The notes below the pieces were generated by a model. The model was given only the letters and a program-made list of their open reading frames with translations, made no database searches and was not told where the DNA came from. Positions 24,895 through 38,156 of a stretch of 64,000 bases of DNA are shown in pieces (position 1 is the first letter of the stretch; each line of letters opens with the position of its first letter). A program made the translations under genes and the position numbers. The DNA is from Tubulanus polymorphus (Eukaryota > Animalia > Nemertea): contig NC_134029.1 in NCBI RefSeq assembly GCF_964204645.1, positions 21,322,950 through 21,386,949 on the forward strand. Direction: 5' to 3'.

Positions 24895-25450
24895 ACACAT
24901 ATCTTTTTTACGCATTGATATTATCATTACCCGATATACTATCATAAACGACCACGACTTGGTGGTGAAAGTAAATATTTGTAATCTACATTTCATTTAA
25001 GAAAAATTCGAACTGTTAAAAGTCTGTTATATTGATGTACATTATATATAAATTTGTGAATATTTCGGTGTGATTTAACTTGTCGGTTTGTCGGGTTTCT
25101 ATGCGAACTGCTGAATGCATGTGCTAATTCGGAATCTCACGAAGAACCAGTTGTATGCGCATAGCTTGTAAAAATGGTTGTACTGTCGAAATTAGTATTA
25201 GTTTAAATCATATGTTTGTTTTATATTTGTTTGAAATCTTGATCCTGCTGGCAGGTCGTAAAGCTTATTATTATCGATATATCTATAACTGACTCTCATT
25301 CTCGTAAACGTCACCGTAAATCTGTAAGGTTGTTATTTCTGATTTTATGTTTGTACCACGCCATTGTACATATCATTAGATAATTTAATTTGCTTTAGTA
25401 CTTAGTGAAAATACAGATAAATTCTTTTTTCATTTTGCTAAATTGAGATC
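24895..25450 (+). other. SCAPER: Probable SCAPER 3' UTR (end uncertain)
   Basis: AT/U-rich sequence after the stop; Pumilio-type TGTACATA at 25365-25372. First canonical AATAAA I see after the stop is at 26303; variants AATACA (~25410) and ATTAAA (25611) lie earlier. Confidence 0.5.
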
Positions 25451-25726
25451 TTCAGAATTTTTTTTTTGGATCGTCGATCTGAAGAGTTACTTCATCACGC
25501 TGATCAGACCTGACTACCGCCACTATATTTGAGAATAGTTTCTACAATGTCAATTTCTCCCGGAAATACCATAATGCTATCAAAATCCGAATAATTTCTT
25601 GTTCATTTTGATTAAACCACTATTTTGAGTCTCAAATTACTTTCGACTTTCGTGTGAATTATTACAAATGAAAATATCATATACCCCAGCTCTGCGTTGA
25701 ACGGGCGTGTGTGGCCGAGTGATTGA

Positions 25727-25743
25727 TACGCCCCCTGGTGAAC
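25727..25743 (-). promoter_or_regulatory. CTCF-like site
   Basis: Minus strand TTCACCAGGGGGCGTA versus consensus CCACCAGGGGGCGC. Confidence 0.55.
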
Positions 25744-28700
25744 GAAAAGCGAGCGTAAACCTTCTGCAAATGACTTAATCGATAAAACTATTGAATATTT
25801 AGACAAGAACAACTGTCGTTAGTTTTGATTGATTCATTAAAACGCGTCGCTAATTGTGTCGTCATTACGATATGGCGTACTTCGTGTTCGGGTCCGGCAA
25901 CAATTTTCACTTCCGGTTTGTTATTCTGTCGTCTGTCGCGAGGAATTGATTGATGATCAGAACGACAGGAAGCGCCCGACGCTGCAGAAATGTTATTGTT
26001 CCGTGTGACGATTATTTCGCTCATATTATGATTGAATCTAATGTTTTATTATAGCGTCATGAACATAAATATTCTCTCCTCGTTCGCCCGAGTACTCGGA
26101 ACATGAATCCTACGTGTGCGCCGGTCTACATGGTTGGACGATGGTCAGGTGCTCATTCGTTGCACGAAAACCCTCAAATAACCTTTTCTGATTTAATTCT
26201 TGGCCTCATACGGAATCTTGCTGGTTCGTGCACCTGAATATCATTCTCATAAATAAGACACTACCAAAGTGATCACGCGGGGCGCTTTGTTGATTTCATA
26301 TCAATAAAACATGTAAAACCTACTGTCCTTTTTTTGCCCATCGATCCTTAGGAAAATCACCAGAGCTGGTAAGCGAGGACGCTGACAGCACATGTTGCTC
26401 ATTTTAGTGAATGGAACTGCGGCAATTGCGAGTCCGACCATGTCCGTGGTCCTACCTATCCTTAATTACCTTAGATTCAAAAATCAATTTATCAAAACGT
26501 TTATTTTTTCGGCATATTTTCCAATAAATAAAATTCAAAGCTAGTCTCGATGAAATCTGCCTAATGTCGTGGAGGACACTTGAAAAGTGTATATTAAGAC
26601 GAATTAAAAAAAGAAAATTAATTTCGATTGAATCTGGAGTCTAATACAATTTCAATATCAGCATTAAGCTCCTATAACGAATGAAGTGTCGTGATACGCA
26701 TGCTGATATCATATCCCCTCATACATCTGTCCGTCTCTCCGTCCTTAACCTTGCGTATCTAATCTCCATTAGTGCTTTATCTCGGGTGTTTTAAAACAGA
26801 TTCTAAAGCGTTTGTCAGCGTCTACGTGATTTCTCTCAGGACCAGCTGATCGCCTTCATATTGCCAATATTTCCAATTATCTTTGCGATGAGTTCATATA
26901 TTTGACGTTCTGACGTAGATAGCGCCGGTCCCATGGTAATTCTAAAGCGCGCACTCTCCAGTAATTTAATACCACAGAAGCGGAGACCGTCGTGGTACAT
27001 GTGATTATACTACAGAGCTGAAATAGGAGTATAGGAACTTTCATGGCAGGTTTGGGACAGATATAACAGCCTCACCTCCACCGGACACGAGACCCCTTCC
27101 TTACCAAAGGTCTCGATCTTAATTGTTGATGATGGGAATATTCGGTGTCGATACCGCTTTACCCCAGAGAATGAAGGTGGATACCGTCGAATCATTGTAA
27201 CTGAAATGAGGCGTGTGGGAGAACCTTAACGACCCAAGATGCTGATTCTGTTAAACTACGAGCTCAACTAGGCGTTAAATATTTCGCAACAGCCCAGTCT
27301 TCCACCCTAATCTGGTTCTCGAAATTTCTAACACCGGCAGCTCACGTAGTTGAAATGCTTCTGCAGAATCAAGGGAAGGAGGCGAGCTTGTTCAATGCAT
27401 TATCTCGTCTGCTATGGCACTCTACAACACGCAACCATCAACTTTCTCCTCGTCTCTCCCTCAGACAACCCTGTCATCATCTAAAAGCTTTTAGCCGTCC
27501 GTATATGCCAAGATATGAAAGCAGCGCGCGCAATATGCGGCTAGTTCGTTCGATTCTCTCTTCTCTCTCACCCTCTTTCTCCGTAAACAGTGATAATTCG
27601 AGCGTAGAGCAATTTCTAAATGGCTAGTGCATTAGCCTAATTAATTTCTGAGAGAGCGCGTGGAGCTAGAATCTCTGTCATCAGACCAACGTACATACGG
27701 TATACAGTTTGAATGAGACAGATAGTATTGAAGAACTTGAATACAAACATTCCTAACATAATTAATTCCTAGTATATAAAGTTTAATTAACGATAAATTA
27801 ACAGATAATCTTTAATCAAGGTTTTCTGTGATTTCAATGAATGAATTCCCGAGTTTCATTAATTTTGCTATCCTAATGTCAATATTTTGACCTTAGATGA
27901 AAATAGGTATCTGTAATATTTTCCTTTATCAAATGAAGGTTTATGTATATACATATGCAGTACATAAAAATAACCTAATAAGTCGGATTTTATATCGTTT
28001 CTTTTCATGATATTTTGGAAATAAGCGCGCTTTTGTACACCGGTATGTAATGGACAGGGGAAGAGGAATATTGAAGGCTCTCTGAACTGAACCCTCTCTA
28101 GATGATATACTAGTAATACTGATAGAACTGATCAGTCTATACGGTGTTTCTATAATACAGCCCTAACATCAAAGTCATCGGTAAGAAGATTAAATAGTCT
28201 TCCATTTCAAGGAAATCGTTTGTCAGCGGGAAACAATTTGTTAAGCAGATTGTGTCGCAAAAAGAGTTCTCCGCCGACAAGAAAGAACGGACATTCGTGC
28301 AAAACATTGACGATACTCTTCAAACCCTACAGTCAACCCCGGAGTCTTTATCTAAGCCTAATCCATATCCGTAAGTCAAACTGTGTTGGATGGAAATAAC
28401 ACGGCGACATTTAAAACGGAAAGTTCTGTATATGGGAGTCGGGGAGAAGATGTTTACAGCGAGATTGTTCAGTGGCCAGAAGAAAAGTGTTTTTTATAAC
28501 TTGCATTTCTGTATAATATGAAAGCTACCGATCAGACATATCGGGACGCGATAAACGTCGTTTCAAGTCGTTGAGAAAATTATATGAAAAACGCTCAGAT
28601 TTTTGAAAAAATTATTGCGTTCCATAAAGAGATTGATTTCTTACAGTATCTCATCTCATGAAATGATATCCCTGTATATGAGGCGTCGCATTGAAGGTGT

Positions 28701-29229
28701 GCACATGGGGCAATTTTCACAAACCAGGACCATTCTGATCATTCCATCACGATCGCTACTTTTCGTGTCGTGTAATCCAATAGGTGGAAATCATAATGCA
28801 ATTTTTACATAACTCGCGAAATATTCTATGTACGCAAAATCTGCCTACAAACTGTTGGGTCACTTAAAATGCAGTCACTAATTTCGAACAGACCAGTGAT
28901 GGTAAATCGTACACATTTTGTGCTGAATCGAGGTTCGGTTTAAGTGGCGTGCGTTTGTCAGACTTCGTGACCGTATATTGAGTAAGTGTGATTTTTTTTC
29001 AGTTAGACGTTTTCAAAAATACAAACATAGAATTTGTCTCAATCTAGACACGTTAATATTTTATGAAGTTTTATTGTTGATAATGGCGGATACACCTGCA
29101 GTGGTACCGTATTAAGCATTCTAGACACGCACAACCGGCAACTCTCAATGGGGCCTAGCCTCGATAGCGTGCCGGTGCTCACTATTTCATCGTGCCCGAC
29201 ATCTCATGCAACAACTCAAGTGAACAAGC

Positions 29230-29345
29230 TGGCTACGCGCATGGGCTATTGCAAACTTCCGGTTTTACCGGAAGTACGAGGAACGCACGAGAACTTCTCA
29301 CTTCCGGAAACGATGAACTATGGCGTCTGGTCGCGTGATTAGAGC
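29230..29345. promoter_or_regulatory. Promoter/enhancer-like cluster of three ETS sites
   Basis: ACTTCCGG at 29255 and 29300, CCGGAAGT at 29268, NRF1-like CGCGCATG at ~29236. Confidence 0.45.
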
Positions 29346-30930
29346 ATATTACTCAAAGTCGTAACGTAGGGTCTCACTGAAAGAAAATGAATTTATTACA
29401 CATTGAGAACAGTAGTTTCTGTGCGAGCCGAAGAATATGGGAAAGTTCTGTTTCTGAATTATTTTTCGCTAGTTCCATAAGACTGTATCGACTTAGGTGA
29501 GACCGGAATAGAGCTAGAACACATTTAAGTGCCATTTTCGTTCGCGAAAATCAATTGGTGTGATAATTCACGTCACAAATACAGAGAAATCTCGTATTGA
29601 GATGAAAGACGGCCATTAAATGAAAAAATACGTCGATATAGCCGGGAATATCGACTCGGCGGTTTCCGTGGGAAAAACCGCAAATAATATTATCGGCAAA
29701 AATTATTCTTGATGGATTGTGATTCTTTCATCAATATTGTGCATTTGCAGGAATAGCTCGAACACGGCTCACCAGAAACGAAAATCAAAGGCTCGCGTGT
29801 AATATCTGGACATCGGTCAAAGCCTAATGGACAGGACATGGTTTATAACGTCTGACGGTGTTCGTATGATCGTATTCTGGGTTATGATCATCTTGTCCGT
29901 ACTAGAATTCGCCCCGCGGGGTGCTGTCGACTGTTGTAAGAAGAAGCGTTATCTTCGATATTTTGACCCGGGTTGCTGGATTTCGGCATCGATTATGGTA
30001 GCACTCTCATAAAAACTACAACATGCCCTCATCTCTGATATCTAGATCCATTTTTATCTCTTACCAAACATTGTAGCGAAAATACGATTTCGATCGATAA
30101 ACCGCAAATCGAGACAAGCTCGAATTGAACCTTCGAAACGTTCTTCTAAAAGGAATCAGAATGTGTGTTCGTTCGGAAAACCAAGGTAATGTTCCGTCTA
30201 AATGTGGAACGATTTCTCTCAGTTTATCGACCAATTATGTAGAACAAATGACGGAACTGCTTTTCGCTTTTCAAGATTGAAAATATAAAATTCTTTTAAT
30301 AGAAAATATTCAAAATGCATTTGATACAAGCTAACAAAACGTCAATGTCGCAACTCATGGCGAAACGGAAATTAGGAAGTATCTTAGTTAGTTTAGTTTT
30401 GGAAAACTAATTTCCTTCGTGCAATCATCTATCCTTTATTTCATTTAATCAACCTTATCGCTGAATCCTGCGAAGGTTGAACGTCTATAAAAATCCATAT
30501 CTCACCAGGGAGGTGCCGGCCTTCTCCTTATAGATGTTCACCTCGTCAAAAGAAGTCAACGCCTTGGTTGTAAATGTCCGGGCAGGCTGAGTTCAATGCA
30601 TTGGAAAATGATCGAAAAGACAATGGATAAGATAGGAACAATTGTTCAACGTATTGATATTTCTCGAAGCTAGCAGACGATTGCAAACTAAGCAGATGTT
30701 TAATGAACGGGAAAACACCAGGAGGGAATCCCGTATCCCCGATCAAAATCAAAATCGATTCGAAATACACGTTCATCATTCTTCATTATTCCTTGTTTCA
30801 GTGGTTTATAAACTTTCCGTAGTATATTGGGATATGAATTTCGCTGATAGTCACGGACCGATAGTAACTAGTGTGGAAGACTATCTTCAATGAAATAACA
30901 TGTTTTTCATTTATAGAACAATTTGCCCAT

Positions 30931-30973
30931 GCAGGGATTCGAACCTGATGACATCGTGTCCCAGGTTCGAACC
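30931..30973. mobile_element. Family D internally deleted copy
   Basis: gcagggattcgaacctgatg identical to 18988-19007, followed by the inverted caggttcgaacc. Confidence 0.6.
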
Positions 30974-33900
30974 ATTTCGAGGAAGAACGCTATGAAACGA
31001 GAAAAGGTCTCTGGCCCAACCAATCTGAAATAGTCGTAAAACAAAATGCTAGAAATAATGATAGCAGGCAGGATACATTTTTTTACAGAAATTCGTTTCA
31101 GATTTCGAGACAAATATTTACACATCGAAATGACCTTTAAACAACCGCTTTATTTTAAAACGTATATATTGATGTCACATTGTGCGACGCGCGGATCAAA
31201 CGTTTAACTGCGAGAAAAGCGACAAATAGCGCGTTCTTCTTTTTAGAAACAAACAACCGTTGTGTATAAAAACAACAAAGCAATCACACACCGCAGTCGT
31301 CAATCAGAAAAGACTGTTCTGGAGAACGATCATCGATTTTACCGGTTACTGATATTCGAGAGCACTTCTAGGTTCTAGACATTCACTTTGAGTGCAGATT
31401 TCGACTTTTCGGGAACATGGAATATTCTATACCAAAAACGCAAATCATTCACAATATTTACGCAGAATCATCCTAATAGTCAAATCACGGTTACTCGGGA
31501 AGTTACTGTTTGATTTCTGAAAACTGTCGCACGAAATATCGTATAATATTCTAGTAAATTCTTGCAAACGGTTTGACGAACTGTCGAGTGGTTTCACGCC
31601 AATCGGTCATTCATAATCTAATCGATTCGTTAATAACTACTATAAATACTTCACTCTCCGTCGCAATCATAATATTACCATCGAAATTAATCTTTTGATC
31701 GATGTGCATAAGTCCACTTTTCATTTCCTCGGAGTTTGATTCGGAATTAAATCGTTGCCAACTCGTGCCGCGACCCGGATCCAGCGGAATACAACCCTAA
31801 TCCGGAAACTCGCAGGCCCGGCCGAGTTTACATTACGTGAACTAAAACTCGTGCAATATCCTTTCCTAGTGAGTATTGTTTCACTTACGGACCCGTTTCA
31901 ATTGCCAATTTCCCGTTGCCAATGGATCGAGGAGATTTTCATTACGTCGGCCAATGTGCAGACATCCTGAGTGGATGACGATATCTTCAACCTTTTTTTT
32001 TAATTCGTTCACCAAACAATTTGTTTCATTTTATTGCTTCGCTCTTTTGCTCGTGTGGTCTGTATCTATGTCGTGTATTTAGATTCATATTTGTATCGTT
32101 AACAACATACCCATACACATCAACACAGCATTGCACCGCAATAATCGTAATACACTTAAGTTGTGATATTCGAAAAGGACAAGAAGATAAACATAGCACC
32201 TCGCTGATCAAGTCTAAAAAGGAAAAGATAAGTAATTTGATAAGGCTTTCACCAAACAGTTTTACCGATACCATCGACTGGTATCGACAAAATAGCTCAG
32301 ACCCTTAACAATAATCAACATCGCTGCTTAAAAATAATCGGTTTACGTAAGTGCATCCTATTAGATTTCAAACCAGGCTTGATTGGGTGCAGTCGAAATT
32401 AAGGGCTATACTGCTATCCCCTTACAATCGATGACTCTGTTAACCGTTACTTTTTACGTTATCTTTTTGAATCTTAGTACATGGGTCTATGCTGATATTG
32501 AAATTGATTGCAGAATCTGAATAAGTCTCAAAAAGGTCCTGAATAGATAATACATTGATCTTAAACTAAGACACCTTTGCTCTATACCACATATAGGGAC
32601 GCAGCTACGGGGTGTCAAAGGGAACCGTCACCACCGTTGATTTTTGTGGAAAAATTGCTGGCGGTGGAGAGGTAGTGAATGTTAAGTTGTCTGGAATTAA
32701 AGCGATTAATGTGATTATAGGACATCATCCTGCCTAGCACAAAACCCTACACGTGTAGTTCAATGATATTGACGGGATAACTTAGACTTTAATTCAAGTG
32801 TTTTTGGTTCTGCGTGTGGAGCGATCAGAGCTAACTCGAGACCTATAACGCGAGTACAAACATTGGTGACTATTTGGTGGGTAAGAATATCCGAAACTAA
32901 TGAAGAAAATGAACTAGATTTGACCCAGGACTGAAACCGGCGACTACACAACTGGTTCCATCAGCCTAGTGCAGGTGAATATCCTACAATAACAAAGACC
33001 ACGTCGTGTTTTCTTGCGTGTAATCTGAAGCAGCTGGTCACACACAGTGTATCGGGTCTAGAATCAAAATACTGATAACTTCGTGAAATTACGCCAGTCT
33101 CCTCACGCAGGTGTATGATTATAATACCAATATTTCACGTCGAATAATTAAATTCGCTTGACCTTGCTTCCATCAGCGATGACCCGTCGAGATGCGCTAA
33201 TGGATTGCAGCGCGGTTGTACGTAAGCAGACGAGCAGCCAACCGTAATGACGTTCAGTCGTGTGTATACACTTACTTTCAGTTTCACGTATTAAATCGAA
33301 ACTTTCATTCTCCACGGATCAGTCTCAGACTCATCATTCTCATGGATTATTGATATTATTTTAGCAACACAGTTTCCACGACTTTCAGAGTGCTGCTGCA
33401 TTATAATGATCACGACAACGAACACGTAGTTCATTATCGAAGTTGATTTTGATTATTTCTGGATATTTGTCACTCGGAGCAGTGCGCGAACCTCCCCGGT
33501 TAGACTGACAAATGGAAATATGATTGAAACTTAAGCCCGCAAAAAAGCTACAAAGAAAAAAAGATGAATTGATTTTAAACAACTAAAAAATTAAAAATCC
33601 TATTGTTTGATATTTCAATGCCTTTTTTTGTTTCATCCGTACAGCCCGCATGACCGATGTTACGAAACAGTTGCCTTATGGCTGAAAAAATATCGATTGG
33701 AGACATGAATGGAACCAATGAATAGATTTTGTATTGTTGTACGATAAAAAATCAAAGTTGTTATGTTCCCGAAGTCATCAATTACGCGAAGCCGGCATCG
33801 TTCGAGGGGAAAATCGTGGATGTATTGTAACACCGTCATCAACGGTTACAATATGGCGTTAACAATGACGTACGGCCGAGTTGGGTATCGTTTACTTGTG

Positions 33901-36229
33901 TTTGCGAGTAATCAGGATTTCTCGGTTGAGCGAACGGCCGCGTTTTCAGCAATAATTTACCGAATCTGATCAGCATCTTTTATTGTTTAACAGAGAATTA
34001 ATGAACCATCGAGACTCCCCGTACTATGCCGCGGCTATACAGCTATAATACACCAGGCGACCTGTGCACGCATGACGAAGTATCGTCGTTAGCGGGCTTT
34101 GATTTGTTTTCTTTACCGTTCAGTTCACAGGCGACAGAAAAAATTAACTCGTTTTTAATATCCGTTCTTGTGGATCGCACCTGAAAGACTGCATTATCAA
34201 TATTCATAGCATGCTCTTTCAGGACAGATACGGAAAACACATATCAATGCAACCTCCCCACCACAGATACGTATGTTCTCGAGTCATTCCCTAACCGATG
34301 ACCACAACACGCGATTTAGAAAATGAAGTGTTTAATCTATAACGAAGTATTTGAATATACCCTGCAGATGTTTTTGAACAATTCAACCATCAATAATACT
34401 ATACTTAAACGCAATAAATTACGGGACTTCTCTGTATCGACTCGGAGTTTACTGAACGTATTCATCAAATTATTTACATTTTGAGCCACTGATCCGTCTG
34501 GCAAATTATGGCATAACTTTTGGCATAAATTATTCATCATGTCATTGGTTATTCATTAGACGTGGTGAATGGAGGACATTAACACCGAAATTGTTGTGGC
34601 CATCCAAAATGTTCAGCAACTGAAGAAAGTCTGCCTTGTCTATGATAACAATGATGTTTTCACCTTTCTAAAAATCTGACACCATCATGACTGATGATGG
34701 ATATCTTTTCTCATCGGGTAAATCGAGTCAGTACCATCAGGTAATATGATGCTAACCGGCTAATCCAGCAGTAGATGCACAATCAAAGCTGATTGCCCTG
34801 GTCTCTTCTATTCAGGTTCACCGATGGGGATTACCACGCTACTTTACATCCGAGCAATATACACGAGTTCTCAGCGCTAATGTTGCAATAACAGTTGAAT
34901 TGCAAGGTCCCCGAAGGTCTAGGTTTATAGTGCCCTAAAATCGCGTCTGAATGGGAAAGTTTGCGCTACCTGATGCCATAAAACTGACTAATGGCCAAGG
35001 TTAATTAAAGGGAAAGCAGATCCACGGTGATTAAGGAGTGTTATGGGACGGGATGAGTTCGACTGCAGCTTGTCGCGCTGCTTGTTCTATTGCATTACAG
35101 TTTTCTTTTTTATCAGTGTGACGAGGATCATCTTAAAAATATTTACCGCAGTGTAGTTAGGACGTTGGCCTTATAATGCCATGCATACCACTTTCTGTGT
35201 GCGTGAAAAATAGCTCTTCCTGGATGAAAATTAGAGAATTCCCGAACGATCTCGTAAACCTAGACCTCAAAAAGAGTTTGAGAACATTTTGTGGTGGAAA
35301 ATAGGCAACGGTCAAAAAGGTGACCTGCACCATGACATCGTAGTACACGACGTAATGACATTGCGGGACTGCATGCATGCGGGGACGAACCACTAGCGGA
35401 ACAGGTTTACAGCATTTCATACCATACATCAAGGAGGAAAAACGTGCATGAATTCGCTAAGATAATACGTTTGGGAAACCAATACGACCATATGAATCCA
35501 TAGATGGGGCGCTACTGAACATCGTCACCGCTGCCGTGAGTGCTCAGACTTTCCGGCTGACTGACGCTATATAGTTTTTATGCATCAGAACACCTGGTTC
35601 GTCAATGGCAACAGCATCAATTCAAAGGACAACGATTCATCATGTCGCACGAAGTTCAGACCATTGTACTGAAACGGCGCGCGTGAAATGTTCCTTGTTG
35701 ACAAAATCACAATAACTCAATCAAACGAGCGCGATGAATACTGCACCGTGGCACGCCAACCTGTGAGGCTGGTTGTCACGTTTTTTATGCGTTCGCGTGC
35801 TACTACTGATTATGCGCCGTAAAATATTTATCCCGTCGGGGAAACGAGAGCTAGTCGGCATGAGAGAGAAGGATGCGGGATTACTCAGGTACGAACGACG
35901 CTCCTTTGTCGGTATGGAAGCGGTCTCGACGGAAGTCGGCATCCTGCGCGCACAGACGACAAGCGAAACTTTTGATGGATCAAATTCGATCAAATGTTTG
36001 CGTGTTGAATTCAACCGATTGAGAATTATTCGCGTTAGGATCAAGAAATCCTTTGATGTGGAGTGAAACTAGCGGCACCGCCGCACCGAACGTGTATCGA
36101 ATACAAAAACCGACAACAGTCAATTTTTCATGATGGGCAGGCGGATCTGGCGCCGAAACACGCGATTTTCTTCTGTTCTCGGAGTTCTATGCCCTCCTGG
36201 TGATTCCTATATTCCCTGTCAACTACTGG

Positions 36230-36300
36230 GACAGTTGCGCTTCCGCCTCGCATCCGATTGGTCTCGTAACGATGACGTCACAAGCGCGTCACAGCCGATG
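36230..36300. promoter_or_regulatory. Promoter-like cluster (ETS-like, CCAAT, CRE)
   Basis: gcttccgc, gattggt (inverted CCAAT) and TGACGTCA within ~50 bp of CpG-rich sequence. Confidence 0.45.
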
Positions 36301-37864
36301 AAAATAAAAAGACTCGGTCTGACGATTCGCGAAGGGTAAAACCGTGGAGTGAGGATTGTCTGGCTGTCTGCAGTGCGCGCGACCAGAATTATTGAACCCA
36401 TCTGGTGGAGAATTGATCAAATGATTCTCAAGTGACAGGTGACAGGACAGATGATAGTCGACACTGATGGGTCCTCGCAGTTGACGTCTAATCGTCCGAA
36501 CAGCCATGTTAATTTCATGTTTAATGTGCCGAAAGTCTATTATTTCAGCGGAGTCTGTATAACCGCCGCTCGCTTGACGGTCTAATCTGAAATTAAACCC
36601 TAATCTTCTGTCTGGTAGTTATTAGATGGAATTCAATTTACGGCTAGCAGTTTGATGTTTCGTATCGGAAAACTGACGAATTAGTGCACATTTACGGTTT
36701 TATTATGACGTTTAGCTTGATGTCACCTAAAACACAAAAATACTATATTCATAAACTCTTTTAGAATTTCAATTAACTGACGACATCAATAAACCATCCG
36801 ATCGAAGACATGAATCGACAGATTATGAACTAACAGAATCGAAAGCTCGTATATATAGTTTACCCGTTTGAAAAAGACAGCTTTTTTCATAAATTCATAT
36901 TCTTTGTGAACAAGCATTAATATCACAGGTCGCTTTTGCGGCAATTGATATTCACACAAATACAAAATTCTACTAATCCGCTATATGACGATACATGGAT
37001 ATATATATTCTGTCGAAATTCCTGCACAGTAAAGCTGTGGACCCGAGGGTATACGTGACGATGGTCCCTTTGGTTAGAGATGTTACTGGTGCGCCCGCAG
37101 TACAACAGTCATCTTTATTTACTTCTGTAATCCTCTATCTTACATGTCAACATGAAATTAATCCACGCCAAAGGGTCTCGTTTTGTCTGCGCATGGATCT
37201 TGGATTATGGTATAAACAATTTCTCTTTCCACAGGCGATGGCGAAAAACCAGTGTGCAGTTCTTTTTAAATCCCTGGAAGAAGATCAGGTTTGATAACAA
37301 AAGACAGAAACGTGAATTTTAGACAAATAGTTAGTTACGTACACCAGATCTAGTTCAATATGCTAGAATATAGCCTTAACCCCCAAAGGCTATGTTTAAG
37401 CCATACTCGCTAGGTTTTAAAATGCATTTTATTCTTGATATTCAAATCTAAGTTTGAGGATTGTTCTTTGGTCGGCAACTTGCTTCGAAGCAAAATAGGA
37501 CAATACGCACCATCAAATGACTAAAACGAAGTGATTTAGAGCTCTTTCTGTTGACTGGCAGCGCTAGAATGACACAATGGATAGCAGAAATAAAACGACC
37601 GTGTTCACTACTGCGTGACTGTTAATTAGTAACGGCGGATATATGACGGGAAACCTTCTGTTTATATCGCTGTCGCAAGAAAACACAAACTTCGACGATC
37701 CACGTCGAAATTCGGAAGTTAGGACGTGACATTTCGTCCAGTCGTCATAGCAACGTCGACTATATCGTTTCTACATGATTATTTCGTATTGATTTCTCAT
37801 ATAACTCATTGTTTTGTTTCTATTTTACAAAAATTATTTTCATCCCCAGAATGAAAAATTAATT

Positions 37865-38156
37865 CAGGCCCGTAGCACGGGGTTCACCTGGTTCGAACGG
37901 TCCGCAATAAGTTGTTAGTTTCGCTCATTTGTCATTGTGAAAAAAATTATATTAAGCTGAAACTTATTATAATACATGTAAATGAATTTGTTCATTTTAC
38001 TTATTTCTGTTTACCCCCTATCTACGGGGATCGCTCCGAAGCCATATCTGAGCATCAAATTTCCGAGTTTTCGACGGCTGAGGGCCCCCAGACCCACATC
38101 AATTTTCAACAAATTAAAAACAAACCGATCCGCATATTCCTCACGCTACAGGCCTG
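37865..38156. mobile_element. MITE with CAGGC ends (hAT-like)
   Basis: TIR caggcccgtagc / gctacaggcctg; no clean target duplication left. Confidence 0.6.
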
